DNA of 64,000 nucleotides. Source: Haliotis rufescens (lineage: Eukaryota). A program made the position numbers and the translations under genes. Positions 36,817 to 48,429 of this stretch are shown here, piece by piece. Under the pieces are notes generated by a model that had not been told where the DNA came from, made no database searches, and saw nothing but the letters and a program-made list of their open reading frames with translations. The stretch is from contig NW_025963813.1 of the NCBI RefSeq assembly GCF_023055435.1, positions 17,546,001 to 17,610,000 of the forward strand, given 5' to 3'. Numbering within the stretch: the stretch's first letter is position 1; every line of letters starts with the position of its first letter.

Positions 36817-39800
36817 CTTTATCCCCATCTAAAAACATCTAAACCCGCACCCGTTGAATTCAGGATTAATATTTCAAACATTATGCAACCTCCAGTTGAC
36901 AGTCTTGGCTGTACGCACCACGGACAGGTTCATATTTACTTTGCAGTAGATCTGATGCTAATTTAAGACGTCAAATACGTCACTGACAAGAGCACCTATC
37001 GGAATTTATAACCCACAAGAGTACTTTCAGCGTTGCCATGTGAGGGCAAGCATTCTTAAATGTCCCTCTGAGACAGTTTCCAGCTACAGAATTCCAGAAG
37101 GTCATAACAATCTAGCACAAATGAGAGGGATAAAAGAGACATTTTATTACCTCTAGTGAATAAAATAAAGTGTATTTACGTTTAGCGACAATATAAAGTA
37201 GTACCGCGTTAGTCCGGATCTTGTTTTCCGGACACCCAGAATTCCGGAAACTACCCATTCCGGAAGGTTTCTATTTCGAACAGCAACATGCCATTAAAGG
37301 TGCGTAACTATGATTCATGTATCGGGAAAATGATAAACTGAGAAATGTTACAGCGAATGATTTTGTGCAAAAAGTTTAAATGGACTTAACGTAAAGTACA
37401 CTTTAATAAAGAATAAACACACACGTATGCATGTATACACTAACGCACATCATCACATGTCCTGGCATGCAAACATTCTGATGACTTAACGGTATCGTAT
37501 TTTTGTTATTTGACTGGATTTACATATTTCAACAGATCTCTGTGTATGGCATTATCAGTTATTCGTTATATTAACTTCAGATGAGCGAGAGTGTTTGCAC
37601 GAGTGATCCATGTATGTACTTAGTTTTACAGTTGTTTTCAAAGGAACATTTTTCGGGAGACATTTTATGATTTGTTCATTCAGTTGGTAATTAACGCAAG
37701 GTTAATTGTTGTGACTCAGTTTTACAGCATAAATGTATTTTAACTGTGTAAAAGAGTTAAAGATAATAAAGTTTATGAAAAATTAAATTAATGTATAATA
37801 ACAACGTATGCGTTTTATCGATTTCATTAAAATCTCTAAATCTAGAAACAGCGGTATTCGAGTATTCAAGAGTGAATAAAAAACATATTTTGAGACAAAA
37901 GGGGCAACTTTGTCTTAAAAAGAACAAGAACACGTAAATAGGAGATTCAAACATGTATACATAATTCAAAAAGTCGAACATAAAAACATATTTTAGTGAA
38001 TTAATGCATTTTTATTGACGAAACTTAACTTTAGTGAAATGAGACAATATCGCCAGACTGAAGCTTCAAGCAATTGCTGTTGACAACAAGACACGTATAT
38101 ATACTTATACATGTACATGCGCACATACATATGAACGACCCGTAATTGCTACACATGTGAGAGGTAATATTTAACGTCACTTCGGTAATATTTCAGCCGT
38201 AACACGATAGTACAAATTATACTTCATAAAAATCATGCAGGGTAAATATTAAAAAATGCATATTTTTACAGATTCAACTTAGAATGTGCGACTGGGATAT
38301 GAAACAGTAACAATTCATTCATACAAACAATCATGCGGTGAAACACTAAGGTAAACATCAACAGAATCAAAATAAATATACTGAATATTTCAAAACTTGG
38401 ATTCAGAATGTGCGATTAGATATAAAATAGAACCCTAGCATGACTTGAGTATTCACCAAAACTGGCAATACATTGTATACCTTGGCTTCAGAAATGTCGA
38501 AGATGTGTCAACTACACTTAATGTGCTTGACAAAAGAGCACGATATAGATACATGCATTCTTGTGAAATAATAATTCACTGCTAAACGACATCGCTGTGT
38601 TAGAAGTTGATGAAGAAGCAAACAATAGTCTTTGTAGCTTCGTGATCGTGTCGTGCAATGGAGAGCTTCAATAATCATTTAATGACGTGTATGATCATGA
38701 TTCGTGTCATCAACGGCAGATTGTTTCCCACACTGAGGTGAAAAGTTCAAGAAACCGAGAACGTGTTACCCTCGTACAATAATGCGTGTTTGATGACAGT
38801 ATTTGGTTGTGCAGCTGTTGGTAATTAACTCCCTCTCGCGATATTACCTTCATTGTTTGTATGGTGCTATTTGATAAAATAATAGAATAATAACGTATAA
38901 TCATGTGACATTTTTGATCCTATATGGGTATGGATTAATGTATAAACTGCCCTTCGTGACGAAAAAGCGATTGTTTGATATTTGATGTCTGATTATCTTC
39001 AAGTTGATATTTGACCATAAAACCTTTGATAGTCGCTGTATTTGCCAATATTTCCCAAGCAGCAGTATAATATTGTCCAGCTGTCTAATTGTGAACATAA
39101 CATCTGTTATGGTTTAAGTATTTTGTGCTTAGTTACATTACACACCTGGCATTAGTTGTAACATTTAAACGCCTTTCATCAGACTCACAAATCAAATATA
39201 TTAACCATATGAAATCTGATTGTTCATCTTACATTTCGACGGAAACTCTCAGGACTTTTCAGAATTATATTAATTTTCCAATCATTGTTCAAAATATATC
39301 TTTCAAGCGCCCGTTCCCGAAGCGATCTCAGTGCTACGACAGTCACAGGTCCATGTTAAAATGTGGGAGTTACGATCGTCTTAACACCAAGAACGCTTTG
39401 TGGGACGGCGCTCAGTTATTTAAGAGGCAAAACTAAAATCAGCTTGTCAGTCCGATGAAATATATCACATATTTATGTTGTCACGAATTGTCATTGATTC
39501 ATAAACACATGTCCGTGATTTTGTCGGAATCGTACTGCTATTGGCATGGATTTCCTCAATATGGAAGATCGATTACACGTTATTCACACGTGGCGCAACG
39601 ACACATCTCATACCTAACTCACATAAATTACGTGTTTATATCTGCCATACACTAAAATGAAAACCGATACCATCCATGTATACTTCATTATCATAATATG
39701 TTGCTTGTTGCAATAGGCGCAAGGAAATACCAACAGGTGTTTCGCATGGAAGCAATAGGCCCATGTACACCCATCATATGTATATACACCATCACTTTCA

Positions 39801-40194
39801 AATGGGTATATCTCTGCGTGTCATGAGGGGGGAGATGTTGACCACTTTGCTGAAAGCAACGAGCATGATGGGTTTAGTGAAGAAAAACCAAGAAACATAA
39901 CCAGATTGAATTTCTGATAAAACCCCATGAGTTCTGGAACACCAAAGTGTTCATGGTTGATAATATTTGTAGAACATTTCAGATAATTTGAGTTTAGATA
40001 GCTTCGCCAGTCTCATTTTCCAAGAGGGACAGCGTTCCAAACCTTTGAGCATTGCTGTGCGTGTACAGTTTCAAACATTGACAATAACTGCATCTGAACC
40101 TGGAACATGATAAATATGCAGCTACCAGCCGACTCGTCTCGCATCAAAACACGGGACTGTGTACTCGCGGGCAGATTACCACGGAGAACGCTGA

Positions 40195-40595
40195 TCACTG
40201 TGTCGGATTAACGAGACTGATGAATGAGTGATTTCAACAATTCCTTGCAAATTAAGTGTGTCGGAGACAGGACAGGACAGGACAGGACAGGACAGGACAG
40301 AAGTTTATTACTCATGAATCACGTATTGTGATATAGAGCATACAATATATATATTTATATTTACAGACGTGTATCAGTGTGCATAAACATAAAGTAATTA
40401 CAAACATAGTATATACAGCAATTGAATTCTTATTTAAAAAGTTGTAAACCATCCTTTAAGTATTTCGCCAGCTCTATAGACGGACACGGAGTGCGAGAAT
40501 GTCGGATTAACGGGTCTAAATAGCACTGATTTAATCGGTTCCCATAATTTGTGTCAGATAAAGCCGATTGTCGGATTAACGAGACTTGACTGTAT
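40195..40595 (-). mobile_element. pogo/Tigger-like non-autonomous end with a nested LINE 3' fragment
   Basis: Terminus TA-cagtcaagtctcgttaatccgac with three gtcggattaacg subterminal repeats. Nested ~40265-40480 insert ends in AATAAA plus (TCCTG)n on the minus strand. Confidence 0.55.
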
Positions 40596-41180
40596 AATCT
40601 TTTTTATATTCTAGGTCATCGTGTTATATACCTTTGGGAAGAACATAGTGCCCATTCTCAACGTGCGTGCATACCAGTGTGTCTACACTCAATTTATAGG
40701 TGCGTTGTAAACTGATCTGCAAGACTGGGCGTATGTGAGGTGTTGTTTGCATTGTGGGCTATCGCTCGTGTAGGACGATGTTATATTCCTCATGAGACAG
40801 ACAAACGAGGCTGAGTAGCTCTATCGTATCCAGAATGAAAGCATGGCCTCGGGAGTTGGTGTTACAATCAACGAGGGATTAACAGTAATAACACTAAAAG
40901 TGTATTAGGCGGGGTGAGTATAGGACGATTGTGCAAATGAGGATGGTGCACCGTTTAACTCTTTAACAAGACACGGTAATGTATATTAATTTCTCCACAA
41001 CGATGGAACATCAGAAAAAATACCTAACAGTTCTTTGTGTGTGTACCCCAACCATCAGTAAATCAGTACATTTCAAACCTCGTAAATATTCCAGAAACGT
41101 TGTTGAATATGACGTCATGTGAGTGCACCCAATCCTCTCTACTTTTATGGTATCTCAGTGGGCTGGCACTTTTAAATCGA

Positions 41181-41427
41181 CCCGTGAAACTTCCGGGGTA
41201 GAATAGGTCTTCATGCTTGCTGTAAAAGGCGACTATGCTTGTCGTAAAAGGCGACTAACGGGATCGGATGGTCAGGTTCGCCGACTTGGTTGATGCATGT
41301 CATCGATCCCAATTGCTCATGATATCAATCACTGGATTGTCTGGTCCAGACTCGATTATTTACAGACCGCCGTCATAAAGCTGGAATACTGCTGAGTGCG
41401 GCGTTAAACAACAAACCAACCAACCAA
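41181..41427 (+). mobile_element. Family B copy
   Basis: Near full length. TSD acttttaa(a/c)tcga. Confidence 0.92.
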
Positions 41428-41914
41428 CTTTTAACTCGACACTAGCCCAGACCAGTACAAGCAGCTACACACGCACGCACGCACGCATATATCAGTGAAA
41501 TAATCTTGACGTCAAACCCCATTTCTCCACCTCACCTCAACTTCACCTCCGTACATTTAAATGAATTGTTGTTAAACTGATTTGCTTGCAAGAGGCCATG
41601 TGCATATAACTCATTTTAAGGATTCGACGATCTCCCAACATGACATCAATAAAAAAAACGAGAATTTTTTTTTTTTTCATAATGTAGGAAGTGTATCTGT
41701 AGTTATTACCAAATGACAAACTATCGTACAATATCGTTTTGTTTGTTTGTTTGTTTGTTTAACGCCGCACTATTCTAGCTATAATTATAACGGCGGTCTG
41801 TAAATAATCGAGCCTGGACCCAACAGTCCAGTGCTTGATATCATGAGCATGAGTTCCGTCCTTTGGGCACTCCTAAAATCTACGATTTGGGGATCGAATC
41901 CCGGTTCGTCACGA

Positions 41915-42235
41915 TCATACAAGACACCAGGAATATAGGTTATTACATGAAATATTCAGCCTTCTACACATGCTATTGATCGAAATGTCCGGAGTAACAC
42001 GACATCTGTAAGACAAAAATAATGAAATATTTACAAACCATGCTTTAATCTCAAGGGATCCTGACTGACAGTTCCGTTCAACACTAATAATTATGGAAAA
42101 TTGGTTTTGAAAACTCATCTGTGCACGCTGCGAGTTGTCAGATGGCCGAATTTCCCGGATCACAACTGAAACATAGGATCTGTCATCGATTATCCAGCCT
42201 TTTCTCCAACACATAACTCATTCATATACCTTTGT
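41915..42235 (+). repeat. Unknown dispersed block N
   Basis: Homologous to 13633-14040, 16055-16460 and the split copy at 54915-55135 plus 55445-55620 (tgtggacttcgtgatcacgctgtgagttg). Confidence 0.75.
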
Positions 42236-42371
42236 ATGAATCCCGCTTCAAGCATCAGATGACTGGTTCAAGGCCGAATGAAACTTCAGCCTGTTTCCAC
42301 TCGTCCACTCGAGACATATGTCTTGGTGCAAATCATGTGCTCTCTTTCTTGCCATAAGACACACTTCTTAT

Positions 42372-42508
42372 CAGTCCATCTTGACCTAATTGAACACAGT
42401 GTTGATTCAAGTACTGATAAGTCACACCAGTCCATCTTGACCTAATTGAACACAGTGTTGATTCAAGTACTGATAAGTCACACCAGCCCATCTTAACCTA
42501 ATTGAACA
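42372..42508 (+). repeat. 56-bp minisatellite, ~2.4 copies
   Basis: cagtccatcttgacctaattgaacacagtgttgattcaagtactgataagtcacac repeated at 42372, 42428 and 42484 (partial). Confidence 0.95.
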
Positions 42509-42938
42509 GTGTAAGGACAAGAGAGCTACAATGCTTGTTGGATGTCAGTTGTCATGTACATGAAGACAAAGGTGGATAACATGAAAGGTGGATATCATGA
42601 AAGACAGATGGCTTTGAACGCAGAAGCAATATAAAGAATAACAAGTGATTTCTTGTAAATAAGTTCAGTAAGGATCTAAAAAGAAATTTGAAGGTTTTCC
42701 CATCACATCTGAAAAATAAGAATATGCGTTGACAAATATATAGACGAAATACAAAATACGGCTACATGTAAATACATGTCACGTGATAGATACGTCAACC
42801 ACTTGAATCCCATAACAAAAAACAGACGAAAGGAACCATCATTGATGAAAACTGACAACATGCTGACCACTGAGCTGTTTTGTCAGCCACGCATGACAAC
42901 TAGTTTGCAATGAAATGCTTGACTTGTTATATGTTAAG

Positions 42939-43218
42939 GTGAGTGAGTAAGTTGAGTTTAACGCCGCTTTTAACAATATTCCAGTTATATCACGTCGTGT
43001 CAGCTTAATGTGGGAGGAAAGCCCGAAGTGATGCAGGTCTCAGACGTTTTCCACTTCGGTGAAACCCACGAGCACGGGTATGGTGCTGATAAACCTAGAA
43101 ACATAATCGGGGCGAACCGGGATTCGAATCCACAATCATAGGTTTCTGGCGTGTCCAAGGAACGCAACTCTACACAGCGAATCGCGGCGCCTTAGACGAC
43201 TGGGCCACCCGTGGCTCC
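42939..43218 (-). mobile_element. SINE family A, full length
   Basis: Reverse-complement match to family A. Confidence 0.93.
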
Positions 43219-43484
43219 TACTTGTGTTAAAACTATCATCGGGGAATAAAAGTTTCCAATATCGGTTGTGCCTTCTCCTGGTCCTAAACGCTAAGAACTC
43301 GCTAATACCCATCAATGTGAGATCACATTCCCTATTACTTAGCACGTTCTGGTTCATGTATCCAGGGTAAACAGATTTTAGGATCGCGCGGGCCAGCACA
43401 ACCACAGGAATTGGCATCGACTGTAAATGTCCCTTCAATTACCGATGATACCAAGAACGAGGACTGGGAATGGAGAAGGGGGAC

Positions 43485-43790
43485 AGTTTCAAGCAGACAA
43501 CTTGTTGGGAGATAACGGATGAGCTGGCGACAGTCAAGACGAATACACGTCTGGAAAGTGCGAGTGCGTCATGAACTGTCAGCCAGCGGCTCAGTTTCTA
43601 ACCCCATAATCTTTAATGAAGTTTAGATAGCGACTATCTATCTCCTCAATCAATACTAAAGATGTAAAACATGAAATATGCTGTCTATAACCATATTTGT
43701 GATTACATCTATAACAATTAGGATATACATTGTCTCGCGTTATTCAGATCCATAGATATATTTGATAATTTAAGACATGTAATTAAATTT
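43485..43790 (-). repeat. Block X, right arm
   Basis: Reverse complement of 34455-34750. Confidence 0.88.
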
Positions 43791-44089
43791 TGTTTTCACA
43801 AATCTTGAAATATATTTTACATTTGTACTCTCAAATGACGTTCTAAAGTTAAATGGTTTTTTTATTAAATAAGAAGCGACGAAATAATTCCATAACCATA
43901 AGAAATCATTTCCATTGTATGACTCCTATTACATTATAAGCATGTGTTTATGAATCACTTTAAGGAGTTCGCGAAAAGATGACTAAGCTCATTTATTTCT
44001 TTTAAAAAGTGACATGAGTGAGCTCGTCTTTCTATAGTTGTGCAGCCAAACCATATTTTGTATTATTTAATGTGTCACTGTCATATGCT

Positions 44090-44395
44090 TGTTTGTTTCT
44101 TTGTTGTTTAACGCCGCATATATTCCAGCTATATGACGGTGGTCTGTTTTATAATCGAGGCTGGACCAGACTGTCCCGTGATTGACATCATGAGCATCGA
44201 TTCACGAATTTAGGGTATGATAACGTGCATCAACCAGCGATCCTAAACACCCTATCTAGTTAATCGCCTCTTACGACAAGACCTAATCTAACTCGGATCT
44301 TAACGGGTCAATTCTGAATGAACCCTGGACATGATACGGAATTTTACGGCAAGCATGGGTTGCTGAAGACCTATTCTACCCCGGATCTTCACGGG
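44090..44395 (-). mobile_element. Family B copy with a duplicated head
   Basis: TSD cactgtcatatgct. Two head-like segments (~44280-44308 and 44345-44395). Confidence 0.88.
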
Positions 44396-45299
44396 AACAC
44401 TGTCATATGCTGTTCAAGTGACAAGTGACATTATTGAGGATTAACAAGGTACTGAGTACAACGTACTACAATAGCTTATCCTTATTCCTCACCCACGGGT
44501 TATAATGTGTCCCTCAGAGGGTTAGTAGTTGATTATCACATTTCAGAGTATCATTAGTCGTGCTTTAGGAAGTCTATGAAGTACAATCATTCAGATTACA
44601 CCTTTATCACAATAATAGACTTCCTTAAAGTCTAATCTTCCGCGGAATATTCTTGTATAAAATCTATGTCACCGACACTGTATTGACTTCGGGCGTTGAC
44701 CGGGTGAAAAACGTTATTTCGATATTTACGTCTCAGAATATTCAACTATCAGTTTATAATATTTCCAACAAAAATATACGTGAATGTATTCCATAATAAT
44801 TTTGATTCAAACACATTCTTATTAATACGCAATAATGCTACATGTACACTTGTACATATAATTGTGCTTATATTCTCAGACATAATCCATATGCACGTTT
44901 ATCTGTATCGAAGACGGGCAAGTAATGTTGTTGAAAATATTCCGAGTACTATAATATTACTAAAATTAATATTAATAAAAATATTCTGTGTAAATCTAAC
45001 AAAGAAATATGGGGTTTCTAAATGTAGTAATTAACTCGTTAAGCTGTATTAATACCTATAGATCTTAACTTATACTTTATTGAACATTTCTTTATCATAA
45101 ACTAATAGCATACATTCTTCATTCTCGTGCACTCATAGCATTTATAGATTTATTACAACAGACCAAGTCATTTACTTTTCATTCCGTATGTTCCTCTATG
45201 TAGTGAAACAGCTTATGTTTCTGGGAGGAAGTGAACTCAATATATCACCTGACAGCCTGTCGTAAACGCATTCACGATTTGCGGGTAATTTGTTCAATT

Positions 45300-46590
45300 A
45301 TATAATACCGAGAAACTTCTCGTTCTACAAGGGCTCAGAAAATAAGCCCTAATGATATTGCTTCAACGTTTTGCTTCAAGTACATTATTTATTCCTGATA
45401 AGCTGCTTCCTGGTCTTTGCCAGGAATGATTACACATTCTTCCCGACAGGTGTCAGGCAACAAACACGGTGTAATTAAGATAACCGTCTTTTTCATATTA
45501 AGCTACAAAGAGGACTCAAAAAGTGTTCTGTTCTAGCTATAAATTGTTGAGTTTGGCTTTGAAGCGAACTAGTTCTAAGTGACATATAATTCTTCAAAAT
45601 TAAAGCAAAGTGTGAATCTTTTTGCGCTTGAAAGACGCACAGGCTACGGATTTCTCGTGTGTATGCTGTGCTTTGATGTCATGGACAATGCAGAGCTGTT
45701 CATGGGGATGATATATCTCCTTTGAGGAACTTCAAAAACAGGCGCGGTAGTTACCAACTACTTAAAACGACCAGATGATAAATGAGAGGCTACTATAGCT
45801 TTCCAAATGATGAACTGTTTCGCAACGCTGGCCGTTGATAACACATTTAGACTTCACTCAAAGTCACGGCTCCTATTTTTCACAGGCCGTTAGGAACATG
45901 GGCGTCGAATGAAAAACTTCCGTGAGGTTTCTCAACGAAGTGGGACGTAATGTTTGGAATCAGTTGAGTTCTGTGTTTATCTTTGGTTCAGAAGTCAAGC
46001 TGAAGACGTGGTTGTGTTTTGCATATTGCTCTTTTGCATATTGTTCCCATACTGAACAGTGTCATGAACATTTTCTTTCACACAGTGGTTCTTGGAAGAC
46101 TTTCTTTTCTACCATCGCTTTTGTGGAGAAGCGGATTATTTGATGTATTCAGGCGATTGATTTTGATCAGACTGAATTTCCTTTTTATAATACCTAATAT
46201 ATTCTCACAAGACAGAGTGTTTTCTATTCAATAGGTGAGATGAAATTGGGTTGAACGTCGCGTCCAAGATTATTGCACTAAAATAGCGACGTGCATGCAC
46301 GTGTGTGTGTGCGTGCGTGTGCGTCCACTAGGACACGGAGGCGGCCCTATTTAATAGTATATCAGGATGTTCATAAATAAATAAAATAAGACGGAAATAT
46401 ACAAACGAATGAAGGAGGAAGATGTAAGGATAAACAAACTAATACCCTGCAGTTGTCGACCCACTTCCTTCAAGCACCTCGTCTTGAGTGATACAGTGCA
46501 TGCATACACAAAACCAACCGCCATTAATCACTTTGTCGCCCAGGAACACACACTGGTGCGACTGGCACATGTGGGCCCGGGCCTGGCGTA
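45300..46590 (-). repeat. Unknown module M, copy 3 (inverted)
   Basis: Reverse-complement homology to copies 1 and 2. Confidence 0.9.
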
Positions 46591-46637
46591 GATCAAGGTC
46601 AGTAGTTCCAGACTCGTTTCAATTAAAAGCATATGAA

Positions 46638-46863
46638 TTGTTTGTTTGTTGTTTAACGCTACACTCAGCAATATTCCAGCTATATGACGGCGTACTGTAA
46701 ATAATCGAGTCTGAACCAGCCAATCAAGTGATTGAAATCATGATCATCGATCCAAGCAATTGGGATCGATGACATGCATCAACCAAGTCAGCGAGCCTGA
46801 CCACCCGATCCCGTTAGTCGCCTCTTGCGACAAGCATAGTCGCCTTTCACGGCAAGCATGGGT
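46638..46863 (-). mobile_element. Family B copy, 5' truncated
   Basis: Homology to family B. Confidence 0.9.
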
Positions 46864-47654
46864 ATCATCGTTTGTTTTATATTGTGTGGATTGAACTTTT
46901 TAGAAATATATATTAAAGAATATTATATAAAGTTTCATGTTTAACGTTACGTTAAGTATACGCTGCTCCGACAGTCGGGACATTTTATCTTAAAATAATA
47001 GTTTCCTGTGTATACAATTCTGTATCGAAATACCTATTCATGACAATATTGTATCGGAAAATTGATATTCGTAAATATAATGTGCAAACAAAATGCGTCA
47101 AAACAGCTGAAATGGTTGTCAAATACCTTGACCATAATTTGCGTTAACTTCACCATCCCGGCAACGTAACATGTCATCTGGCAAGAGTATTTGAGTGATT
47201 ATATGATTAACAATAAAACGTAGATTCTTAGGACACATATTGAAAACGTACGAGCCTACAGTCATCCGGTAATGTCATTTGCCAGACGAACAGGGACAGT
47301 ATATTTGTTCAATGTAGCTCTCCGATCATATGAACCCATGTTGATAATATCAACATCTCTGTAGCATCGCAAGCAGTATCAAGTCGAGAATACCATATCT
47401 AATATCAGTCGAGTGTTAATAAAACATTCAAGATAATATTCCTACATTTCATTCACTTACATGGTCTTGTCAAAATAGAACTACGCCTTCAAGCATTGGG
47501 AGGCTATTCTTAAATGAGAGTAAACGTATATATGAAATACGTAATACTATTCTGAATCAGCAGCAGGAAGTAGAAGTGTGAGCTGAAAAGGTTATAATTT
47601 GCAATTTAAAACAGAGAGGTTACATCTGAAAAAGCAACAAAAAGTTACTTTTTT

Positions 47655-47895
47655 TGTATGTTTAACGCCACACTCAGCAATATTCCAGCTATATGACGGC
47701 GGTCTGAAAATAATCGAGTCTGGACCAGACAATCCAGTGATTGACATCATGACCATCGATCCACACAATTGGGATACAATGACATGCATCAACCAAGTCA
47801 GCGAGCCTGACCACCCGATCCCGTTAGTCGCCTTTTACAACAAGCATAGTCGCCTTTTACGGTAAGCATGGGTTGCTGAAGACCTATTCTACTCC
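47655..47895 (-). mobile_element. Family B copy
   Basis: Homology to family B. Confidence 0.9.
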
Positions 47896-48293
47896 TAGGA
47901 ATGTTTAACATCTCAAAGTTAAAGCAATTCTACTTTGATGCCATATTGGCCTGTGCATGATCTCCTGAAGAAACGCGGTGCTCCTGCCGTGCAAGTGCGT
48001 GACAGTGACACAATTTATTAACCAAAACTGCAACTTTTCCCTACAACGTTTGGGGTATAACCGAGCATGAGGAGAATATTTCCAATTTTTCCGCATCAGT
48101 GACCAACATGACGTCCGATGCTATTCCCTGGTTTGACAGGTACCATATATTCCCGTGACTTTTCGAGCGAACAATTGGATTTTGTCGGGTTTTTTTTACA
48201 TCAATACACGTCGTGTGATTCCCAGAGTAGATTCCCGATTGGATGAAGATGACTCCAAATTAGAGTTAAAGGCAGATCAATCAGATAATTATA

Positions 48294-48429
48294 AGTGAGT
48301 GAGTATCATTTTACACCGCTTTTAGCAATATTCCAGCAATATCACGGCGGGGGACACCAGAAATAGGTTTCACACAGGGTCTTCGGCGTGACGAGCAAAC
48401 GTTTGAACCACAAGGCTACCCGGCCGCCC
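48294..48429 (-). mobile_element. SINE family D, internally deleted
   Basis: Homology to family D. Flanking tcagataatt duplication. Confidence 0.85.

Noticed and set aside
39165-39200. Hammerhead ribozyme near Penelope-like sequence (ctgatga on the minus strand)
   Set aside because: I could not build stem II with GAAA or stems I and III. The other CTGATGA hits also fail.
42372-42508. CRISPR-like array
   Set aside because: It is a head-to-tail minisatellite without unique spacers, in a eukaryotic context with no cas genes.
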